From: a virus
Reading direction: 5' to 3' (one strand)
Virus record (IMG/VR): IMGVR_UViG_3300021963_000027
Location: 96,001-160,000 of that record
DNA: 64,000 nucleotides
The first letter of the stretch is position 1. Each line of letters starts with the position of its first letter. Of this stretch, positions 47,744-56,304 are shown piece after piece. Below the pieces are notes generated by a model. That model worked only from the letters and a program-made list of their open reading frames with translations. It was not told where the DNA came from and did no database searches. A program made the position numbers and the translations under genes.

Positions 47744-47750
47744 TCAATTA

Positions 47751-48155
47751 TTATTCACGCTTTTTAGCGACAGACGTATCAATAGCATTACAAAATCTAT
47801 CAATTTCACTTCTAATTCTTTCAATTGATCCCAATTCACTTGTTAAATCACCGATAATAGTGTTATTACGTGATTGTGAAATAGACGATAATACATTATC
47901 TTTAAGATACGTATCAATTTTTTCAAAATTTGCTTTCCAGCTATCAACAGTGGAAATCATTTCTTGATTTTGAGAATCATCTCCCATAGTAGCCATAACA
48001 TTTGGATCTGCTTCTGTATCTACACCATATTCATCGAGAGTGATTCCATCATCCAATTGTCCAGCAGCAGCAGCTTCTTCAGCAGCAGGATCGAACTCCA
48101 GTTCAGGTGCTTCTTGTAGTAATTTGAGGAATTTAGCTTGAAATTTGTTTCGCAT
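47751..48155 (-). CDS. Hypothetical protein, putative head-packaged
   Basis: Start MRNKFQAKFLKLLQE at 48155 under a late motif. Confidence 0.7.
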   Translation of the reverse strand: MRNKFQAKFLKLLQEAPELEFDPAAEEAAAAGQLDDGITLDEYGVDTEADPNVMATMGDDSQNQEMISTVDSWKANFEKIDTYLKDNVLSSISQSRNNTIIGDLTSELGSIERIRSEIDRFCNAIDTSVAKKRE

Positions 48156-48159
48156 ATTA

Positions 48160-48513
48160 TTATTTAGTGTTAGGGGTTGGTGTTGCTGTATTGGCAGTTG
48201 GTGTTGCTGTATTGGCAGTTGGTGTTGCTGTATTAGCACTTGGTGTTCCTTTATTAGTGGAACTCGTCTCCACATAATTTTTAATCAAATTGTATATTTG
48301 TTGGGTATGATTTCCAGCATTACCACCAAAAATTTTAGATATATCTTTACCAAGATCATATGCAGCAGATTGAGCGAATTCGTGTATTTTATTAACATCT
48401 CGCATTCCTTGTTTAGAAAATCCTCCTACAATTTTATTAGCGAATCTACGAAGAAATCCTTCTTCTAAAATTTCTTCTAATTTTTTCTGATCTTCTATCG
48501 AATAACGTGCCAT
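48160..48513 (-). CDS. Hypothetical protein with C-terminal (TANTATP)n repeat
   Basis: Leader KKLEEILEEG; Thr-rich tail. Confidence 0.7.
   Translation of the reverse strand: MARYSIEDQKKLEEILEEGFLRRFANKIVGGFSKQGMRDVNKIHEFAQSAAYDLGKDISKIFGGNAGNHTQQIYNLIKNYVETSSTNKGTPSANTATPTANTATPTANTATPTPNTK
48161..48166 (-). promoter_or_regulatory. Late promoter core TAAATA
   Basis: N5 to ATG(48155). Confidence 0.6.
48176..48240. repeat. 21-nt tandem repeat, about 3 copies
   Basis: GTTGGTGTTGCTGTATTGGCA units encoding ANTATPT. Confidence 0.85.
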
Positions 48514-48518
48514 GATAT

Positions 48519-48524
48519 TATTTA
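48519..48524 (-). promoter_or_regulatory. Late promoter core TAAATA
   Basis: N5 to ATG(48513). Confidence 0.6.
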
Positions 48525-48549
48525 GCTTAAATGATTAAATAATCTATGT

Positions 48550-48903
48550 ATGGCTGCTTCAAATTCTCCTTATTCTACTGCAATCGCCTCTGGTGCTATT
48601 GATTTTGATTTCAAAAATCCTCTAAATCCTTCTGAACAGATGAGAAAATATAAAACGGATGAGAAATTGGCACAAGCACCAGACACTCTCCCATATGAAT
48701 TTGAAGGACTGCCTCAATATCTAGCCGATATCCAAGACAGTGCATTTCAAGCGTCTTCCAAACTGAATAATATCATTAAAATGGAAAAATATCAAAAAAA
48801 TGGTGATCTAATTAAGCTGAAAGGTAATCTGGAGAAGATCATGATGTATTTGATGAAAAATGGTGACAAGATATTGTCGAATTATACCATTGGCAATAAT
48901 TAA
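48550..48903 (+). CDS. Hypothetical protein
   Basis: 117-aa ORF. Confidence 0.65.
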   Translation: MAASNSPYSTAIASGAIDFDFKNPLNPSEQMRKYKTDEKLAQAPDTLPYEFEGLPQYLADIQDSAFQASSKLNNIIKMEKYQKNGDLIKLKGNLEKIMMYLMKNGDKILSNYTIGNN

Positions 48904-48918
48904 AAACTAGAGTATAAT
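48890..48918 (+). promoter_or_regulatory. Sigma70-type promoter, probably leaderless
   Basis: TTGGCA-N17-TATAAT; 5 nt to ATG(48924). Confidence 0.6.
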
Positions 48919-48923
48919 CGGGC

Positions 48924-49457
48924 ATGTTCAAAATTCCCGATAACATAAAAATGAAACACGTTCATGGGTATCCTCCCTATGAACAAATGTCGATCCTTAA
49001 AGATATCTGTAATAAATCAACACCTTATTCAGAGACAAGAAAGGTTTCAATTGGAATGACTAAAAAGAAAAATAAAAATCAACAGAAATGGCTAACTGAC
49101 AAGCTCAAAGGTGATTGGATGGATAAAGAACTGATCATCGAAATTGCATTGTTCGAGTCTTTGATTCATTATGTGGAAAAGGAAGATGGTCTTAATGATG
49201 CTGCCTATGACTACTCCTATGAATTAGAAAAGGGTCATATCGATCAGAAAACGGCGAATGCTAATAAAAAGCGTCAAAAAGAACTCAAAAATGCTTATCT
49301 TTATCTAAAAAATGAGCGTCCTGCTCTACAATATCAAGTTGATAATTGGGGTGGGACTAATGTAAATGAATATTTGATACTGGAAGAATCGTTTTTGAAG
49401 AAAGATACAAAAATAATGAACACAATTATAAAATACAGGGGGTATTTATGGAATTAA
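48924..49457 (+). CDS. Hypothetical protein
   Basis: 177-aa ORF. Confidence 0.7.
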   Translation: MFKIPDNIKMKHVHGYPPYEQMSILKDICNKSTPYSETRKVSIGMTKKKNKNQQKWLTDKLKGDWMDKELIIEIALFESLIHYVEKEDGLNDAAYDYSYELEKGHIDQKTANANKKRQKELKNAYLYLKNERPALQYQVDNWGGTNVNEYLILEESFLKKDTKIMNTIIKYRGYLWN

Positions 49458-50203
49458 GTATTGAAAATCACGAAGCATTTAAGAATTGCGAAGGTAAAAT
49501 GATCTGCCAATTGATTGGTGGCTCAACTTTGTATGGTTTGAACACACCAGAGTCCGATATTGATTATCGTGGTCTATTCGTCGCTAAAAATAAGCGATAT
49601 TTAGCCAATTTGGATAATATTGAATCGATTGTCCAGACTGATGACATTGATTCCACTTATTATGAGATCACTCGATACTTAAAATTATTGAGAAAGAGTA
49701 ATACTCAGGTTTTGGAGATATTATTTGCTCCCAATACAGCATTCACCTACAAACATCCAATCTTTGACGAGATTGTCACCCATGCTTACGATCTAATCGA
49801 CACTAATACCCTTAAAAATTCATTAAAGGGTTATGTATTCAGTGAGATTCGATTGGCTACTGGACAAAGAAGCGGTCAGTTAGGTGGTAAAAGGAAAAAA
49901 GCAGTGGAAACCTACGGATTCAGCCCCAAAAACTTTGTTCAAATCCTTCGTTTGTGTAAAGTCGGTATTGAGTTCTTCACCACTGGTAAATACATGGTAA
50001 ACGTCAAGGAATTTGATGAGAAGTATTGGGAGAAATTGATGGATTTAAAAACTAGCCCACAATACTACACATGCGAGCAATTGGAGCGAATGGTGAACGA
50101 AGAATTTGGCAAGTTGGAAGGAATCATGGAGTCATCTAAGATCTCTTTCAAATTTGATCCAGACATTGCAGCAGATATTATTTTAAAAGCAAAACAAATA
50201 TGA
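49448..50203 (+). CDS. Pol-beta-superfamily nucleotidyltransferase (RlaP/nrdC.11-like)
   Basis: GSTLYGLNTPESDIDYRG; NTQVLEILF. Confidence 0.85.
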   Translation: MELSIENHEAFKNCEGKMICQLIGGSTLYGLNTPESDIDYRGLFVAKNKRYLANLDNIESIVQTDDIDSTYYEITRYLKLLRKSNTQVLEILFAPNTAFTYKHPIFDEIVTHAYDLIDTNTLKNSLKGYVFSEIRLATGQRSGQLGGKRKKAVETYGFSPKNFVQILRLCKVGIEFFTTGKYMVNVKEFDEKYWEKLMDLKTSPQYYTCEQLERMVNEEFGKLEGIMESSKISFKFDPDIAADIILKAKQI

Positions 50204-50700
50204 AATACGGAAAACAGATATTATTGGGAGTAGTGGCTTCAAGTGCCATTGCTTATGGGTTATCAGATAATTTGGAGTCATTCTCTAAAACATTTGTCTT
50301 GGCTGGATTAGGGTTCGGCTCAGTTTATTACTGGTCGCAAAACAGAAAGAACAATGATAAAAGAGTGGAAGAATTGGAAGAACTTTTGGGCAAGAAGAAA
50401 GTTGATGAGCGTGTCGAGACTCTGGAGAATATGCTTCAAGAATCCGATGTGGTAATCACTGAGCAAGAAGAAGTTATTAAAAATTATGAGGAACTATTGG
50501 ACGAAGCATCTGTCAAATTCCCTTGTAATTGTGGTAACAACATGTTTGATGGCATTTTCAAACCAATGGAAGAATTTGTGGTTGAATGTGACTATTGTAA
50601 AAACAAATATTCCGTCACACTTAAATTGGATACTATACTGATCACTGAACCAATCGAAGAACTTAACATTGATAAACTAATTAAAGAAAATACAAAATGA
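50200..50700 (+). CDS. Putative membrane protein with C-terminal Zn ribbon
   Basis: Two hydrophobic segments; CNCG...CDYC. Confidence 0.65.
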   Translation: MKYGKQILLGVVASSAIAYGLSDNLESFSKTFVLAGLGFGSVYYWSQNRKNNDKRVEELEELLGKKKVDERVETLENMLQESDVVITEQEEVIKNYEELLDEASVKFPCNCGNNMFDGIFKPMEEFVVECDYCKNKYSVTLKLDTILITEPIEELNIDKLIKENTK

Positions 50701-50927
50701 TAAAAATAGAGACTAAAAAAGGAAATGTTGAAATGACACTGACTGAATTTGCAAGATGGGCATGTTTAGCAGAAGCATTTATCTTCATTGAAAACAAAGC
50801 TGAAGAACTAAACATTAACCCTGTCAACATGATTAAGCCACTGGCAATTGAAAAATACATTGACGAGCGATATCATGCAATGCTTTCCGATGTTCGATAT
50901 GAGTATGATCTAGGAATTTTGGAGTAA
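50697..50927 (+). CDS. Small hypothetical protein
   Basis: 76-aa ORF. Confidence 0.6.
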   Translation: MIKIETKKGNVEMTLTEFARWACLAEAFIFIENKAEELNINPVNMIKPLAIEKYIDERYHAMLSDVRYEYDLGILE

Positions 50928-51749
50928 TCCTATAACTTCTTTCTCAATTTCCGATTGTTTATCTTCCGATAATACGTCTTTGAAATGTTCTTTCAATTCG
51001 TTTGTCGGAAGATTTAATTCGTGAAAACCTAACATGTAATTACGATATCTTTCTTCGTATTTGTTTGGATAAGTAACACCATTTGGTCTATTAAAACGAT
51101 GCAACCATCTTAAAAACGGCAAACATAATGTTCTTTTACCATTTTTTATGTATTTTTTATGGATATATCCTTCTTCTCCACCAAATCCACGAAATTCTTT
51201 GTTAAATCCTAACCAAGAATCTTTTCTACAAGAAAAAAGACCAAGACCCTGAGAGGGGATTTCAAAGGGGTCGTTATCTTTATCTGATCCTCTTTCATCT
51301 GTTTGCCAAGTGCCTAACATATGTCCTCTCCATGTGAAGTCGAAATGAGTTGAATAATTTTTCAAATCATCATAAATGATCGGTCCTTGTAGTAAATTAC
51401 CACCATCTAAACCACTGTCATAAAAATCTATCAGTCTTTTCAAAGATCCTTTTTCTAAAAAGACATGAGAATCGATTGATAACACATAAGGAGTATCTGC
51501 CAACTCGAATATTTTATTTCTAATACTGGTTGATTTATATTTTACGAAAGGAAGATATTGAAACGGTTCTTTCATCCAATTTGTCAAATCCCTTATCGCT
51601 TTACCATGATTTGAATCAGGATTATTATCAATAATTACAAATTCGATATCATCCAACACTTCCGAATGATACATTCGTATTGCTTGAATGGTGAAATATA
51701 CCCCATCATAATCATCATGTGTTGCCATTCCAATGGTCAATTTTCTCAT
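50910..51749 (-). CDS. GT-A glycosyltransferase resembling polypeptide HexNAc transferases (GT27/GT60-like)
   Basis: YVLSIDSH (DxH), GLGLFSCRK, GFGGEE, LPFLRWLHRF. Confidence 0.7.
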   Translation of the reverse strand: MRKLTIGMATHDDYDGVYFTIQAIRMYHSEVLDDIEFVIIDNNPDSNHGKAIRDLTNWMKEPFQYLPFVKYKSTSIRNKIFELADTPYVLSIDSHVFLEKGSLKRLIDFYDSGLDGGNLLQGPIIYDDLKNYSTHFDFTWRGHMLGTWQTDERGSDKDNDPFEIPSQGLGLFSCRKDSWLGFNKEFRGFGGEEGYIHKKYIKNGKRTLCLPFLRWLHRFNRPNGVTYPNKYEERYRNYMLGFHELNLPTNELKEHFKDVLSEDKQSEIEKEVIGLLQNS

Positions 51750-51760
51750 GTAAATAATTA

Positions 51761-52237
51761 TTAGAATCCTAATTTATTACAAGTATTATCTACACATTTT
51801 GGGATAAAAATCGTCGGAATTGTAGTCGTAGTAGTGGTTGTAGTTGTAGTAGTAGTTGTAGTAGTGTTTGTTATTTTAATATTTAAAGGATTTAAAGTAG
51901 TTGGTAGTGTCAACGAAACCGATAGTGGTGGTATGGAAATCGTGGTAAAACGTGGCACAATAGGTGGTAAATTTACTGTGACTTCTGGTTTCGGCACGCA
52001 ACATTTTTCAGTTGTTGTTTCAGGTGGAGTAGTTGTTGGTGGTGGAGTAGTTGTAGCGGTGGTGGTAGAAGTGGTGGTGGAAGTGGTGGTAGTAGTGGTT
52101 GTAGAAGTAGAAGGTGGTGGAGTAGTGCTAGATGTAGGTGGTGGAGTAGTGCTAGAGGTAGGTGGTGGAGTAGTATCCGTAGGTGGAGGAGTAGTATCCG
52201 TAGGTGGAGTAGTACTAGAGGTAGTGGTGGTGGACAT
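51761..52237 (-). CDS. Mucin-like Thr/Pro/Ser-rich protein
   Basis: TTPPP/SSTTPPP repeats, poly-Thr runs, CC and C..C motifs; co-oriented with neighbours. Confidence 0.75.
   Translation of the reverse strand: MSTTTTSSTTPPTDTTPPPTDTTPPPTSSTTPPPTSSTTPPPSTSTTTTTTTSTTTSTTTATTTPPPTTTPPETTTEKCCVPKPEVTVNLPPIVPRFTTISIPPLSVSLTLPTTLNPLNIKITNTTTTTTTTTTTTTTTIPTIFIPKCVDNTCNKLGF
52030..52232. repeat. Low-complexity (GTA/GTG/GGT)n repeats encoding the PTS domain
   Basis: GGTGGTGGAGTAGT units; a second poly-Thr tract at about 51820-51865. Confidence 0.85.
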
Positions 52238-52272
52238 AATAGAGGATAAATTTATGAAATTTACTTTTCAAA

Positions 52273-52743
52273 TTACATTAAAATATAATTTGAATCATCA
52301 GTTACTATGTAAAAAGTATTCATATCGCGACTACCCGATGAAGTTGAAAAAGTTGTTCTATTAGTGCTTACTAAATTTGTTATAGTGCTGCCAAATTTAG
52401 ATATTTGTGTGTTACTATCGATTCCCTTACCTCCAATAGCCTCCCAATCGCCAATATTAGCTCCAGTGCCACTCTTCAATCGATATAGTATTTTGGTGTC
52501 ACTATTATAAACAGTATCGCCGATTTCTGCTGGAGCGACACTGGTGATATTTGTCACTGTTCCTTTAAATAGATTACCAGCGAGAACGCCACCAGTCGTT
52601 ACACCATCGCCAATAAATAATCGTTTGGTATCTGTAGTAAAAGCAGGTTCTCCCGAATTGAAAATTATATTTCTACGTTCATTATCAGTTCCTTGGCGGA
52701 ATAAAATTTTTAATAGTGTGTTGTTAAAGATTTCTATACTCAT
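52273..52743 (-). CDS. Tail-fibre-type protein with Mtd_N/hyaluronidase-like N-terminal domain
   Basis: FRQGTDNER...GEPAFTTDTKRLFIGDG. Confidence 0.75.
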   Translation of the reverse strand: MSIEIFNNTLLKILFRQGTDNERRNIIFNSGEPAFTTDTKRLFIGDGVTTGGVLAGNLFKGTVTNITSVAPAEIGDTVYNSDTKILYRLKSGTGANIGDWEAIGGKGIDSNTQISKFGSTITNLVSTNRTTFSTSSGSRDMNTFYIVTDDSNYILM

Positions 52744-52745
52744 GA

Positions 52746-53837
52746 TTAATATGCGAAAATTGGAATTGCGAATCTACCGAATTGTTGACCTGTTTTTGAA
52801 CTGAAATCACCTTCATAAGCTAAAAACCCAGCAGATGATAGTGTTATTGTTACCGTGGTGACACCATTTGATGATATCGCCTCAAATCTAGTTAATTGAA
52901 GACCTGGTATAGCACCTGTGATAGTGTGTGCAGGTGTCCCATTAAAAATAGATGATAAGCTATTTGTCGCATTTAACGTAGAATTGCCTGTCAGTGTTGT
53001 GAAAACAGACCTCTGAACTGCTTTTGTGTCACTAATGTTCGTCCACGCACTTAATTTGGTAGCAGATGAACCATTCATTTGATATAGAACACCATCGAAA
53101 GTTGATACATCATTACCATTAGCACTTAGAGTTGTTAGAGAATTGTATGTGCTTACTGGTGGAAAAAATTGTGATTTACCAAAAGAAGAACTAATCGAAT
53201 TGTATAATGAAGTATAATTAGCAGTTAAAATACCATCGACAAATGAAAAATTCGTCGGATTGGTTCTCAAAGTAACTGTATTACCATTCCCACCGCTCAA
53301 ACCATTTCCAAATGATGTTGACAATAATTCTCTAGTAGTAATCGATGCAGCATTTAACGATAATTTACTAGCTGAAAGTCCGAAAAATGTTGGATTATAA
53401 TTGATTTGTAATTTATTATTATTAATAAACAAGCCACCACCAACTGTATTTGGGTTTATTTTAGATGCCGATAGACCACTCAATTTCAAATTGATTGTTG
53501 AAAAAGAGTCATACTCAAATTCTTGTGATACTTTGGTAGCGATCCTACCCCATTTTGTGATATCAGTATAAGGGTTCGCCGTTAATTGATACCAAATATT
53601 ATCAATAGATACGATATCACCTATTTCCGAATATGTATCGGATAAACTATAAAAATTAGTCAGAGGTATATGATTTTTTGTCGTTATTGATACTCCACCG
53701 CTCAATACACCGTTTCCGATGTATAAACGTTTGGTATCAGTTGTGTATCCAGGTTCCCCTTGATCCAAACGAACAGATTTTCTTTGTTCATTCGTACCTC
53801 TACGGATTTTTAATTTAGATATGACGATATCAGGCAT
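52746..53837 (-). CDS. Tail-fibre-type protein with Mtd_N-like N-terminal domain
   Basis: IRRGTNEQR...GEPGYTTDTKRLYIGNG. Confidence 0.75.
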   Translation of the reverse strand: MPDIVISKLKIRRGTNEQRKSVRLDQGEPGYTTDTKRLYIGNGVLSGGVSITTKNHIPLTNFYSLSDTYSEIGDIVSIDNIWYQLTANPYTDITKWGRIATKVSQEFEYDSFSTINLKLSGLSASKINPNTVGGGLFINNNKLQINYNPTFFGLSASKLSLNAASITTRELLSTSFGNGLSGGNGNTVTLRTNPTNFSFVDGILTANYTSLYNSISSSFGKSQFFPPVSTYNSLTTLSANGNDVSTFDGVLYQMNGSSATKLSAWTNISDTKAVQRSVFTTLTGNSTLNATNSLSSIFNGTPAHTITGAIPGLQLTRFEAISSNGVTTVTITLSSAGFLAYEGDFSSKTGQQFGRFAIPIFAY

Positions 53838-53839
53838 AA

Positions 53840-54514
53840 TTATGAAGTTCTTTTCCAGACATAAACACCGAATGATGGTGGTGTATTATCAATAGGGTTC
53901 CCACTACCAGTATTATCCAAAAATACCTGACCATCTAAATTTAGCGTTTTATTCGTACTGTCGTCTGTCGTATGACCAGCGTTCTCGTGAACCATGGAAC
54001 GTCTGGAATCCAATAAAGTTGGTTCACCGCTCATAAGAGTCTCTCCACTAGGTCCTCTAGTGCCAGTGACTCCAGTGTGGGTATGACTTGGTAACTGTCC
54101 TACAGTTAATGTGGTTACATATTCACCACTATTATCACCGCTTGTAATGTTTTTAAGATTTACTCCATCGTCACCCAAACCGACACCAGCCAAAAATCTA
54201 CCTTCTGCCACAGCTTGCCATTTGGTATTCGAAAATCTCGATTGTGGATTGACATCATCAGATGAGAGATAAATTGAATTCACAGGATAAAGGTAATCAA
54301 TCAAAGTGGAGTAATTACCGATGCTATAATTGTCAGATGATAAAGTTCCAGTGAAAGATGCACCATTGCCATCAGAACCCACTTTAAAAGAAGTTTTATT
54401 ACCCGAACCATCATAAACTTGGGGTAAACTGGCTCCATCAGTGGGGACATTTGAGGTGTGTAATATTCCTTTATAAGAATCTGCGATGAATTGGTCAGTG
54501 AGATCAGGTAGCAT
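53840..54514 (-). CDS. Baseplate/short-fibre protein with collar-like C-terminus
   Basis: YPVNSIYLS, W..VAEGRFLAGVG, LPSHTH, PPSFGVYVWKRT. Confidence 0.75.
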   Translation of the reverse strand: MLPDLTDQFIADSYKGILHTSNVPTDGASLPQVYDGSGNKTSFKVGSDGNGASFTGTLSSDNYSIGNYSTLIDYLYPVNSIYLSSDDVNPQSRFSNTKWQAVAEGRFLAGVGLGDDGVNLKNITSGDNSGEYVTTLTVGQLPSHTHTGVTGTRGPSGETLMSGEPTLLDSRRSMVHENAGHTTDDSTNKTLNLDGQVFLDNTGSGNPIDNTPPSFGVYVWKRTS

Positions 54515-54519
54515 AATAT

Positions 54520-54525
54520 TATTTA
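54520..54525 (-). promoter_or_regulatory. Late promoter core TAAATA
   Basis: N5 to ATG(54514). Confidence 0.6.
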
Positions 54526-56304
54526 TTCGGAAGTTGTTAAATTGGAAATTAATTTTTGTTGAATTTCGACTATTAATGTGAAAATTCTTTGCATAGTTGT
54601 TGTGTTGATGCTTTCATTGCCATTAATTCGTAAATTATCAAAGTCGTAACTGATCAATTCAATATTATTCAATAATACGTCATCTTTTTTAAAATTAAAT
54701 GAATTTGACGCTTTGGTGAAGAGTGTCAATACGTCTTTCAGAATGTTCGAAAGATTTTGGTTGAAAAATATACCGAACGAATAATCTCCACATGTCACAT
54801 TTTTGAAATTTTTCGTGATATTACTATCAATTGCAGTGTATCTATTATCTTCGATAGGTTGTTTTAGTACATATATTCTACCAGAATTGTGTAATAATGT
54901 GTAATTTTTATCACCCTTAGTAATTTCACTGAATAGTATGTTATAAAAGTTATTGGCGTTCATTCTATTCGTATTCCACTTAATTGGAGCGTTGTCACTG
55001 CCAAATTTATGATAAGTGTTTTTGAAGAGATAGTCAGGTGGATATTTCAAATTGAATTTCTTGAAATTATTGGCAGTATTACGTGGGTTGGATATAAATC
55101 TAGTTTCAATATTCTTCACACTTCTTATATAAAATATATTAGAATCGTAAGTTGAAAAAGCGATATCATAATTATCCACCTCCAAATCATTTATTTCATA
55201 ATTAGTGAAAGTAGTGGAGATGGAATAAGGAACAAATGTAAAAATTGAATAAATACCGTTTTTTTCATGTAAAATGATGACAAAATCGTCAACACTTCTG
55301 ATATCAATCGCCACGACATTTTCTATACTATATTCAGATAGATTTACTCTTCCAAGTAATGTTGAAGATTTTTTATTCCAAAGATAAAGAATATTCCCAT
55401 CAATTACGGTTCTCATATTGTCACCATATTTCATAAATTTCACATTATTGGAATTTATGTTGAAAAATTTGTCATTGAAATTGCCAAATGCTTTTGAAAA
55501 TTTCTCTTTAGCACTCCATTTTAAAGAAATGGTGTCAACATTGCCGATTTTTATACTATCAACTAAGATTAAAGCTTCACATTCGATATAATTCAATCCT
55601 TCATAAGTGTTGATGACATCATTTATAATTATATTGATTTTATTTTCAAATTCATCATAATTTATACCATAAACCTCCTCGCCAAATTCCAAGTTTTGAA
55701 TATTATATGTCAATAATGAAGTATCATCAAATGATCCATTTATTGTTATCAATTCTTTACCAGTTGAGCAGAGATATTTGAATTTTTGATCAGATTTCAC
55801 TACAAAATCACCATATTTCACTTTTTCTAAAAAATCCCATTCACTCGAATAGTTAAAATTGTCAATATGTGTGACAACATCTTTACCCACCATCAAATCA
55901 TTGTTTCTTTCATCTCTAATTGTTGATGATAGTCCATAAAAATGGCAATCGTTTTCATCGAAATCCACGATTTGAGGGTTACTAATAATCAAAGATTTGA
56001 AAACAATCAAATTGTTTGTATTGATTTTATCGAAAATTTTATCTAATTCATTTTTATTTAAAACATCGAAAGCATTAGTGAAATATGGTGTTATGTGTTG
56101 AATCGAATCAAATTGATTATCAAATTCTAATTTTTTAAGATAAAATTCCGACGAAAAATTATTTTTCGATGTCAATTCTTCAGAGAATTGGTCTTTGGTC
56201 TTGCCAGTATAAGCCACACCATTATCAACATTAAAAAATCCTGAATAATCAATACCATTTAAGGTAAAGGATTCACCGTTTGTATATTTGAAATATGTCA
56301 TCAT
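54523..56304 (-). CDS. Putative virion structural protein
   Basis: 593 aa, Asn/Phe-rich, in structural cluster. Confidence 0.6.
   Translation of the reverse strand: MMTYFKYTNGESFTLNGIDYSGFFNVDNGVAYTGKTKDQFSEELTSKNNFSSEFYLKKLEFDNQFDSIQHITPYFTNAFDVLNKNELDKIFDKINTNNLIVFKSLIISNPQIVDFDENDCHFYGLSSTIRDERNNDLMVGKDVVTHIDNFNYSSEWDFLEKVKYGDFVVKSDQKFKYLCSTGKELITINGSFDDTSLLTYNIQNLEFGEEVYGINYDEFENKINIIINDVINTYEGLNYIECEALILVDSIKIGNVDTISLKWSAKEKFSKAFGNFNDKFFNINSNNVKFMKYGDNMRTVIDGNILYLWNKKSSTLLGRVNLSEYSIENVVAIDIRSVDDFVIILHEKNGIYSIFTFVPYSISTTFTNYEINDLEVDNYDIAFSTYDSNIFYIRSVKNIETRFISNPRNTANNFKKFNLKYPPDYLFKNTYHKFGSDNAPIKWNTNRMNANNFYNILFSEITKGDKNYTLLHNSGRIYVLKQPIEDNRYTAIDSNITKNFKNVTCGDYSFGIFFNQNLSNILKDVLTLFTKASNSFNFKKDDVLLNNIELISYDFDNLRINGNESINTTTMQRIFTLIVEIQQKLISNLTTSE

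Noticed and set aside
48145-48275. Repeat-rich alternative frames (WCCCIGS.., QQHQLPI..)
   Set aside because: Other-frame readings of the 21-nt repeat; the real downstream start is 48155 under a late motif.
48176-52232. Tandem repeats as a CRISPR or mini-array
   Set aside because: Repeats are contiguous, in-frame and coding, with no unique spacers.
51834-52364. 176-aa Val/Gly-rich plus-strand ORF
   Set aside because: Antisense shadow of the Thr/Pro repeat gene; it opposes the local operon direction.
52273-53837. Diversity-generating retroelement suggested by Mtd_N-like domains
   Set aside because: No reverse transcriptase and no template/variable repeat pair seen in the window.
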